From positions 62,001-126,000 of the IMG/VR virus record IMGVR_UViG_3300044633_003049: a stretch of 64,000 nt of DNA. One strand, 5' to 3'. Of the stretch, positions 10,472-18,399 are shown piece by piece (the first letter of the stretch is position 1; every line of letters starts with the position of its first letter). A program made the translations under genes and the position numbers. Below the pieces are notes generated by a model. It worked only from the letters and a program-made list of their open reading frames with translations, ran no database searches and had not been told where the DNA came from.

Positions 10472-11760
10472 TATATTAATTTTATTTTAGGTATTTTAAA
10501 AACTTCATTTGAGTATCTTTCTAACTCAAGAAATTCAATTGGTCTATTTATTAGTTTATCCATAAAAGTTCTATAATTGTGTTCTACAATTTCTTCCATA
10601 GACTTAAACCAACTTAATTTATCTTCTATGTTTATTATTTTTTTTATGGATTCTACAATTGCTTCCATTCTTTCAAAAGTCGGTAATGAGTCATAACTTT
10701 CGTCAATAAATCCATCAAACGTTCGATAACCAGTTTCTCTTAATTTTTTTAGGGTATCTTTATTACCCATTATAATAAACGGTTGTCTACACGCTATTAC
10801 TTTATATGTTTTTTCACTAATAAACATTGTATTATTACTATCACCACAATGTGCTTCACTAATAACTGTTACAAACGTATCCAAACAAATTTGATCATTA
10901 AACCTTCTTATGTAATGATTATCGTCCATTTCATCATTTCTTTTTCCATAAACTAATAATGGTAAGTTTTCAGTTAAATTTTCAACATAGTCGGGTTCTA
11001 TAGTTTTACCTTCAAAGTACCAATTACTTTTTTCAAATTTATTCATACTAACGAGACCTTTATCTAAAATACCGGCTTCAAACATATACTTATAAAACCA
11101 TATTCTATGTGGTCTTAGTCTTTTATTAAGACAAGCAAATGATTTTATGTTATCAATATTATCTGTTTTATATTTTATATGATTCTCCCACGTTGGTAAA
11201 CTTTCATTTCTATGTGGCATATGTAAAACTGTTATACCTAAATCCAACTCAAAATGTGGATATCCAATTACTTTAATCCTTTCAATGATTTCATTATCAT
11301 TCGCCCATTTTGTGTAAAATTCTTCAACCACCATATTACCAGTCACATAAACAACCTGTTTTGGTGATATTTTCCATTCTCTACATTCTTTATGAAACCA
11401 ATCCCATAACCATTCTGTTTGATATCCTTCAAAACTTTGGTCAATTAATAGGATAGCGTCTTCATTTTGTAAATCCCTTAAATATTTTTCATTAAGATGT
11501 GAGAATAGACTTTTAACATTTTCGTAATAACCAGTCCAATCCTCTGGACTATGGTTTACCCCACATGAAATTATATATTTTTTTATATCTTCATTACTAT
11601 CGTGAAAAGTATGTGTTGTGTTTATTTCATTCGATACGTAAAATAAATGACTTGCATTTAATAATGGGGACACACCAAATCTACGAATCCCAGATGGGTT
11701 TACATCTTCACAATTGGTAAAATTTAAAAAATTTTTTCCGTCTTCAAATATAAATTTCAT
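10471..11760 (-). CDS. GT10-like 'TEK' family putative glycosyltransferase
   Basis: CLNKRLRPHR; FVTVISE...FISEKTYKVIACRQPFIIMG; GYRTFDGFIDESYD. Confidence 0.6.
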   Translation of the reverse strand: MKFIFEDGKNFLNFTNCEDVNPSGIRRFGVSPLLNASHLFYVSNEINTTHTFHDSNEDIKKYIISCGVNHSPEDWTGYYENVKSLFSHLNEKYLRDLQNEDAILLIDQSFEGYQTEWLWDWFHKECREWKISPKQVVYVTGNMVVEEFYTKWANDNEIIERIKVIGYPHFELDLGITVLHMPHRNESLPTWENHIKYKTDNIDNIKSFACLNKRLRPHRIWFYKYMFEAGILDKGLVSMNKFEKSNWYFEGKTIEPDYVENLTENLPLLVYGKRNDEMDDNHYIRRFNDQICLDTFVTVISEAHCGDSNNTMFISEKTYKVIACRQPFIIMGNKDTLKKLRETGYRTFDGFIDESYDSLPTFERMEAIVESIKKIINIEDKLSWFKSMEEIVEHNYRTFMDKLINRPIEFLELERYSNEVFKIPKIKLI

Positions 11761-11787
11761 ATTACAAGTTATTCTTCAATATAAGTA

Positions 11788-12699
11788 TTATTTTTGGGAT
11801 TTAAAAGACATAATATTGAAATAATTACGAATACCTTCTTCATAGTTAATGTGTTCAAAATCTACATATTTTTTTAATAAACTAAAATCAACTCCATAAT
11901 CTCTACTGTCATTTGTAAAATTTTCAAAGTATTCAAATGATTTTATTTTTTTTATAATATTAATCAGTTCTAATTTATTTATATTCAATTCATTGACTCC
12001 AATATTTAAAATTGGTTCGTTAAATTGTATGTTTACTAAAGTGGTTATAATTTTAACACAATCAATAACATGTAAATGTGGTCTTTTAGCTAAAGGGTCG
12101 TATATTTCAATTGGTTTTTTGTCAATTACATCATTTATTATATTATTAATAAAAACGTCATTTCTCCATATTTTAGTGGCAGATGTATTATAATCAAAAT
12201 TACCGTAAAGTGTTGATAATCTTAATATTTTAAAATTTGAATTTTTATTTTCGGTAATAATTTTCTCACACTCTATTTTCATTTTTGAATAGAGTGACGT
12301 TGGTATAACCTCTGAATTTTCATTTACAATGTCTTCCGTCTTACCGTAGACACTACAACTACTAATAAAATATACCTTGGGTGTTCTATATATCCCAGAC
12401 CAATTAAATGAGTTTATGAATGTATTAAAATAACTAACTTCAGTTTCAACTTGTTTTTCTGTATCTAATTCATTTAATCTAGGTTGTGATAAATAAAATA
12501 TCATATCAAAAGATGGGTAATGAAAATCAGATCTAAGTGTTATTCCACCTACGTCTCCGTGTATTTTTTTACATTCTATTAAATCTTGTGTATTATATTT
12601 GAACTTATCAAATACGACTACATTGTGCCCTTTTTTTGTTAGTTTCTTAGATAATGGTATACCTAAATAACCTCCTCCTCCTATTAGTAAAATATTCAT
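11788..12699 (-). CDS. NAD-dependent nucleotide-sugar epimerase/dehydratase (extended SDR)
   Basis: GGGGYLG, FISSCSVYG, YxxxK (YSKMK), LRLSTLYG, RPHLHV.D. Confidence 0.9.
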   Translation of the reverse strand: MNILLIGGGGYLGIPLSKKLTKKGHNVVVFDKFKYNTQDLIECKKIHGDVGGITLRSDFHYPSFDMIFYLSQPRLNELDTEKQVETEVSYFNTFINSFNWSGIYRTPKVYFISSCSVYGKTEDIVNENSEVIPTSLYSKMKIECEKIITENKNSNFKILRLSTLYGNFDYNTSATKIWRNDVFINNIINDVIDKKPIEIYDPLAKRPHLHVIDCVKIITTLVNIQFNEPILNIGVNELNINKLELINIIKKIKSFEYFENFTNDSRDYGVDFSLLKKYVDFEHINYEEGIRNYFNIMSFKSQK

Positions 12700-12700
12700 A

Positions 12701-13711
12701 TTATTCTCTTATCATATCGGCCGTGACACAATGAAAAGACCCTCCAAGCGTTCTTGAATGTCTTAATTTACAATCCAATGCCTCAATATTGTATTTTTTT
12801 AATTCTTTAATCAGTTCAGTTTGTCTATTGTCCACAATAACTGTATTTTCATCTATTGATAACAAATTAATACCAACCCATACTGAAGCTCGTTCAACTT
12901 TATGGTAACCGATGTCCACCATTGGTGGTGACCATATTTTATCCCAAGATTTTAACATCTCAGGCATATTATTTTCATTTACTCTTTCTGGATTTAACAA
13001 ACAAAGACCCTCACGGAGTAATGCGATGGTTGAATCCAAGTGGCTATATGAATACATGTTTTCAAGGATATGTACCTTGTATTGGTCTCCTAATAGGTTT
13101 TGTAACCATTTTCCACCTAACTTGTTACCAGTATTACTAACAAGATATAAAATATCTTTATTTGACCTCAAAATATTAGCAGCATCAAACACAGGTTCTC
13201 TCTCGGTTAATGTTAATTTAGATAAATCATCTCTTTGGTAACTGTCATCATTCAAGATTGGTTTTGGTGCGGATATCCACTTTGCCCCTTCGTTCATGTA
13301 TTCAATAAATTGATTTCTAAAACAATATGTTTCATATTGTCTTGACCTTAATGTCATAGGGGCTTCCAATATTGTATTTCCAATAACTGTAACAGTATCT
13401 CTTGGACAGAAAGTGTAATATTGGTCTGTTTTCCAAAAACCATTACTTATTACATTTTCAGTATTAATAACTTCGGGTCTTCTAACTTTAATATCAAGGT
13501 CTTTTAATACTTTTACTAAATTTTCTAAATCCTCATATGTTTCTTCATACACCTTATCGTCAAAATTACCTTGTTCTATATATGGGATTCTGTCTTTATC
13601 GGCATAATTAATTGCATGTAAATCTATACCATGTTTTGGCATATTAGCGTTGTCGATTGTACCTACAAACACCTCCTTTAATTTACCCCATTCATTATTA
13701 ACTGATATCAT
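12701..13711 (-). CDS. Amidinotransferase (glycine / inosamine-phosphate amidinotransferase family)
   Basis: NEWGKLKEVFVG, CPRD, catalytic Asp (FDAAN), His (HLDST) and Cys (GGSFHCVT). Confidence 0.9.
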   Translation of the reverse strand: MISVNNEWGKLKEVFVGTIDNANMPKHGIDLHAINYADKDRIPYIEQGNFDDKVYEETYEDLENLVKVLKDLDIKVRRPEVINTENVISNGFWKTDQYYTFCPRDTVTVIGNTILEAPMTLRSRQYETYCFRNQFIEYMNEGAKWISAPKPILNDDSYQRDDLSKLTLTEREPVFDAANILRSNKDILYLVSNTGNKLGGKWLQNLLGDQYKVHILENMYSYSHLDSTIALLREGLCLLNPERVNENNMPEMLKSWDKIWSPPMVDIGYHKVERASVWVGINLLSIDENTVIVDNRQTELIKELKKYNIEALDCKLRHSRTLGGSFHCVTADMIRE

Positions 13712-14300
13712 TTTTTCTAAAAATTTCTAATTTTGTCAAATCTGGCCAATCATTAATTGTCCATTCTTTTGGTTTATTTAATATTGCTGTTGGTAATTTA
13801 GTTAAACCTTCTTCCGCAATTTCAGGTGTCATATAATAATGATATCCAACCATATCTATATTTTGTTCTTTCCACGGTATATTTGGTAATCTACCGTCAT
13901 ATGACATTTTTTTTAATTTAATAGCAGCTTCTTGATTGTCGGTTAATATCATGCCACCTCTTCCCAATGATAAATGTTTTTGATATTGAAAACTAATTGA
14001 CATGAAAGTTTTAGGAATATAACTATTTGGTTTCCATAAAACTGCGGCATCGATAACACTATATGAAAGATAATAAAAATCTTTCCAATTTTGAGTTCTC
14101 CATTCTAATCCTAAATTTAATTTTTTAGCTAAAAACGGAATTGAGATGTAAGTTTGTTTAGGAACATTAATTGATTTTACATTATTATAACGTAAACATA
14201 ATTCAATTCCATGTGTACAACTATCGACCGCAACGGCAAACGGAGATCCGAAGAACTCCGCAATTTTTTTTTCAAATTCTATTACAGTGTTAAAATCCAT
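13698..14300 (-). CDS. DegT/DnrJ/EryC1/StrS sugar aminotransferase (shortened, 200 aa)
   Basis: FEKKIAEFFG, AVAVDSCT, VIDAA, SFQYQKHLSLGRGGMI (PLP Lys), GYHYYM. Confidence 0.85.
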   Translation of the reverse strand: MDFNTVIEFEKKIAEFFGSPFAVAVDSCTHGIELCLRYNNVKSINVPKQTYISIPFLAKKLNLGLEWRTQNWKDFYYLSYSVIDAAVLWKPNSYIPKTFMSISFQYQKHLSLGRGGMILTDNQEAAIKLKKMSYDGRLPNIPWKEQNIDMVGYHYYMTPEIAEEGLTKLPTAILNKPKEWTINDWPDLTKLEIFRKNDIS

Positions 14301-15390
14301 CTTTAAGATTATCAGGAATTAATTTTGATAAAGTTCTGTAATCTAAATTTTCATGCCCAAAATAATAACCGTCTGGTTGTAGCCAATTTGGATTGAGAAA
14401 TTTATCTTTTATTTTTGTTTCCCAGTCATCATTTACAGAGACTGCCGGTTGATTTCTATAATACTCTGCAAATTCGCTCCATGTTGATTGGTCTGATTTA
14501 ATTAAAAATTTACAATAACTTAATGAAAATAAATCAACGATATTTTCAATAACATTTCCTCTAATTAAATCATTAATATTCATTTCCGAATTTAATAAAT
14601 ACTCTTTTATTATTGGGACAATATCGAATCTGGTTATAATAGAGTCACCATATTTATCTTTATAATATGAGAAAAATTCATATGGTAAATCTGTACTTAA
14701 ATAAAATTTTTGGTCTGGATTAATTTTAAGAATATTATCAATAATATTGAAGTATTTTTCATCTTCGACAAAGTCATAATATTTATTTACCTTTGGTTTT
14801 ATATTTTTCATTTTTGAAAAATCTTTTCTTATTTCAACAGGTAAATTAAAAATATCTTCCTCGGAACAATTCACTCCACTATTTCTTCTAATATGAATAC
14901 CTACAACATCATAAGTATTTCTTCTAAGTAAATCTTCAATAAATTGATCTTTCAACCTAACATATTTCAACGGCCTTTCCTTTAATGTTCTTTTATATAA
15001 TGAATGAATATGTTGATAACCAAAATCACAGTACCAATGGTCATCATCTGACAATGATTTCCCATCATCATATATTAACCTTAACTTATCTTTATCTATT
15101 TTTGACGATAATCTTACATTAAAATTTTCAACATCTAAAACCGTTAAAAAATTTAAATCTTTAACCCTTTTATCATACTCATATGAAATAAATGTTGAGG
15201 TTTCTGGTAAACTTATTAAGGTGAGTTCAGGCCAATCAGTTTTATCTAACATAATTCTGAATTCACAATCATTACGTCTATTTATATCATAGGCCACTTC
15301 CCAATGAAATATTCTATTACATAAACCAGTATCATTATTTTCCCAACCACCGTATGGTTCTGACCATCTTAATGTTCTTTTGTATATCAT
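14290..15390 (-). CDS. Fucosyltransferase-like GT-B protein (GT11/GT23/NodZ-like)
   Basis: GLCNRI, VGIHIRR, FYLSTD, DLFSLSYC..LI...STWS. Confidence 0.7.
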   Translation of the reverse strand: MIYKRTLRWSEPYGGWENNDTGLCNRIFHWEVAYDINRRNDCEFRIMLDKTDWPELTLISLPETSTFISYEYDKRVKDLNFLTVLDVENFNVRLSSKIDKDKLRLIYDDGKSLSDDDHWYCDFGYQHIHSLYKRTLKERPLKYVRLKDQFIEDLLRRNTYDVVGIHIRRNSGVNCSEEDIFNLPVEIRKDFSKMKNIKPKVNKYYDFVEDEKYFNIIDNILKINPDQKFYLSTDLPYEFFSYYKDKYGDSIITRFDIVPIIKEYLLNSEMNINDLIRGNVIENIVDLFSLSYCKFLIKSDQSTWSEFAEYYRNQPAVSVNDDWETKIKDKFLNPNWLQPDGYYFGHENLDYRTLSKLIPDNLKDGF

Positions 15391-15393
15391 ATT

Positions 15394-16158
15394 TTAAAAT
15401 TTATCTTTTAATAAATCAAACCATTTATTAGCTAAAATTTCACTATCCTCATTTGATACGTGAAATGGATTTTTGGTTTCTTTATTCTCATTATAATATG
15501 TCCATGGATTTAGTTCATCTAAATTTTTAATAACATTATCTTTACAAAAATAAAAATATTTATCATCTAATATAGGTGTTATTAAATGAAAATCAATATT
15601 ATTTGATAATAATTTATACGCACCTTCTGAAATTATCCACGTATCTTGTTGTTTTTTCCATTCCATGTCGTAAAGAAATTGAAAATAATTATTTACAATT
15701 TTTTTCATCTCTTCGTTTACAATATTCTCATATAATATATTATTAATTGAGTTACTTAACATGGTTGGGGTACTGTTGTTAAATATTATATTTTTACCGC
15801 TCTCTTCTAAACTATTTTTATATGAAATATTCGATAATCCGTTATTAGATTTAAAATAATGATTTTTCCATTTTTCAAAGTAATTATTTACTTTTAAATC
15901 ATTTAAGGGTATTTCAATTCTATCAGGACTAGTTGTACCAATAATAATATGATGGGGGTTATGTTTTATAACTTCATCAATCTGTAATCTTATACATTGA
16001 TTACTGACACCTCCCTTCGCGTATGTCATAATTTCACAACCTAACATTTCTTTAAGAATATCTGTAAAATGTTTTCCATGTCCATTTTCTAAATTATTAT
16101 CGTCTTTAGAAATTGACGCCATAAAACTATCACCACAAATACCCAATATTTTTTTCAT
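15394..16158 (-). CDS. SGNH/GDSL-fold protein
   Basis: GICGDSF, AKGGVSN, TSPDR, C-terminal FH. Confidence 0.6.
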   Translation of the reverse strand: MKKILGICGDSFMASISKDDNNLENGHGKHFTDILKEMLGCEIMTYAKGGVSNQCIRLQIDEVIKHNPHHIIIGTTSPDRIEIPLNDLKVNNYFEKWKNHYFKSNNGLSNISYKNSLEESGKNIIFNNSTPTMLSNSINNILYENIVNEEMKKIVNNYFQFLYDMEWKKQQDTWIISEGAYKLLSNNIDFHLITPILDDKYFYFCKDNVIKNLDELNPWTYYNENKETKNPFHVSNEDSEILANKWFDLLKDKF

Positions 16159-16164
16159 TATAGG

Positions 16165-17613
16165 CTACTTATTATAATTTTCTTTATCCGAAATATAAAC
16201 ACCAGGTTCAAAATGTGTTATTCTACCGTCAGTAACTTTAACATCACCAATTGTATTGTCAACCACCAATGAATTATACCAATCTTCCAACTCAGGAAAT
16301 GTTGCGACAAAATTCTTATTTCTACGAATATCATATTGAACATAAAAACTCTTAAAATCGTGATATTGCATTGACATGTCCATTTCACTTGTGTTATGAC
16401 CTCTATTAACAACTTCAATGTAATCAATTAATCTTTGAATTTGAGCCCCTTCATTCATATTAATTAATGGATTTTTTTTATGTTTTCTCCACCACATTGA
16501 TAACTTACCATGTAAATCATGTTTGACGTCATCTGGTAATGTAAGTGGTGACATAAATGCTGGCCATCTTAATATGTTAAAATCTACAATTGGTTTATGT
16601 GTTCCGTATTTTTCTTTTAATTTCAACATATCATCTAAAAATTCGGTAATACTAAATAAACACAAACTATTAATTGTCATCATAATAACAACTTGTCTAA
16701 TTTTAGCACTCTCAATTACTTTAACTAAATTACTTCTCCATAGTTCATAATTTAAACCATCTCTAATATATTCTGCTTGTGCACCATAAGCCTCACAACT
16801 TGTGTATAAATCAAACTCTTTGATGTCTAATTCGTGAGATATACTAATTAACCTATTCACAGTCATTTCATTAAGACCTAGGTTAGAATTGACTGCAAGT
16901 CGTAAATTAGGGGATGGGTATTGTTTCATTGTATCCATAAACTGCCAGAAATTACGAGATTGTGATGGTTCCCCACCAGTTACACGTATTTCCATTAATT
17001 TTTGTGATAACTCAGGCCACCATTTTAAAAAGGCATCCACATATGGATTATTCTCATTGTACTTACCATAAATCTCTGACCAAGATCCGTCAGCATAATA
17101 TGCCCCCGCACTTGTTGTTTTGAATTTCTGATATGGACCGTTATCTTTTATGTCTTTACCCCATGTTGTTGAGTATCCCGAATTACAATATGAACAAGCA
17201 AAATTACAAGTTCTATCAAATGATACCTCAATAGTTTGTGGTACAATGTCCGCATCCCAAGGTAGTTCTTTTAATGCCGCAATATCTTCTGAACTATATA
17301 TTTGACTCTTATATACTCTATCTGAAATATTATTTCTACCGATATCCTCAATTTTCCAACAATAAGAACATTCAGCCGGTTTAACACCCTCTAACATCAT
17401 TTTACGAATTTCTTTTTTGAAATCAGTATTATGTAATGCCGCAGGGTTGGTTTTAATTGCTTCAACATCTATTGGATGTGGTAATGGTAGGTGACATGAA
17501 TTTGTAAACCCATGACCTAAATGTAAACTAACATTTAACCATTTTGCCGCACAAAAACTACAACTTATCTTATTTAAATGTTCATCTCTCCAATTTGACA
17601 ATTCTTCTGACAT
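16165..17613 (-). CDS. Radical SAM enzyme with N-terminal twitch-like Cys cluster
   Basis: CAAKW..SCH...CSYCW auxiliary cluster; CNFACSYC; TGGEP. Confidence 0.9.
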   Translation of the reverse strand: MSEELSNWRDEHLNKISCSFCAAKWLNVSLHLGHGFTNSCHLPLPHPIDVEAIKTNPAALHNTDFKKEIRKMMLEGVKPAECSYCWKIEDIGRNNISDRVYKSQIYSSEDIAALKELPWDADIVPQTIEVSFDRTCNFACSYCNSGYSTTWGKDIKDNGPYQKFKTTSAGAYYADGSWSEIYGKYNENNPYVDAFLKWWPELSQKLMEIRVTGGEPSQSRNFWQFMDTMKQYPSPNLRLAVNSNLGLNEMTVNRLISISHELDIKEFDLYTSCEAYGAQAEYIRDGLNYELWRSNLVKVIESAKIRQVVIMMTINSLCLFSITEFLDDMLKLKEKYGTHKPIVDFNILRWPAFMSPLTLPDDVKHDLHGKLSMWWRKHKKNPLINMNEGAQIQRLIDYIEVVNRGHNTSEMDMSMQYHDFKSFYVQYDIRRNKNFVATFPELEDWYNSLVVDNTIGDVKVTDGRITHFEPGVYISDKENYNK

Positions 17614-17661
17614 GTTTTCTATTTTTTATAATATAATATTTTTTATTGATAATCTGAAACG

Positions 17662-18399
17662 TTATTTAATATATTCCTTAGGTACTCTTTCTAAAAAATT
17701 TGTATTTTTAGACTCATCATAAATTATACCTAAATTATTGATATTGTTAAAATTATGAAGAAAAAGAATGTCGTTATAAAATTCTTCCTCTAATATAACA
17801 TCAGTTTCACTTTGATAAATTAATTTAGAAAAATTAATATCACTATGGTTAACTATAGTTGAAAAATGATTAACATCCACTTGACAATAATATCTAGCAT
17901 TTTCAAAATCGCATTCAGGGCTGGAACATCCTAAAAATAAACCTGGATTTTTATAATCATCAATTAAGTTACCCTCAAAACTAATTCTATTATTTTCTTC
18001 AAAATTTTTATAAACTATAATTTCATTTTCTTTTTTTATGACAGTTATAATTACCCCTTTATGGATGTCCTCTTTTTTTATGTCTTTAAATGGAATAAAA
18101 TTAAAAGATTCCTCTATTTCGGTTTTATTCCAAAACTCAAATGCCATAGTATTTGTAGTTTTATTATATGATAACCCAATATTTTTACCAGGTTTACCAT
18201 ATATCATACAAATTTCATCGGTAATAAATTCTTCTGTTATTTTAAAATCACATGTAATAATGTAATTATCATTTAATAAGAATTCATCTAATATTTTATT
18301 ATTTGTTTTGTTATATTCGGTTACATATTGATTATCATGATGGGTTGACATATCCCATTGAAACTTAACCCAATAAGGTTGTTTATAATTTATTATCAT
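17662..18399 (-). CDS. Stand-alone LamG/concanavalin-like domain protein
   Basis: Beta-rich; GKPGKNIGLSY..FEFW and LFLGC..P motifs shared with the two N-terminal repeats of 18383-21184. Confidence 0.55.
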   Translation of the reverse strand: MIINYKQPYWVKFQWDMSTHHDNQYVTEYNKTNNKILDEFLLNDNYIITCDFKITEEFITDEICMIYGKPGKNIGLSYNKTTNTMAFEFWNKTEIEESFNFIPFKDIKKEDIHKGVIITVIKKENEIIVYKNFEENNRISFEGNLIDDYKNPGLFLGCSSPECDFENARYYCQVDVNHFSTIVNHSDINFSKLIYQSETDVILEEEFYNDILFLHNFNNINNLGIIYDESKNTNFLERVPKEYIK

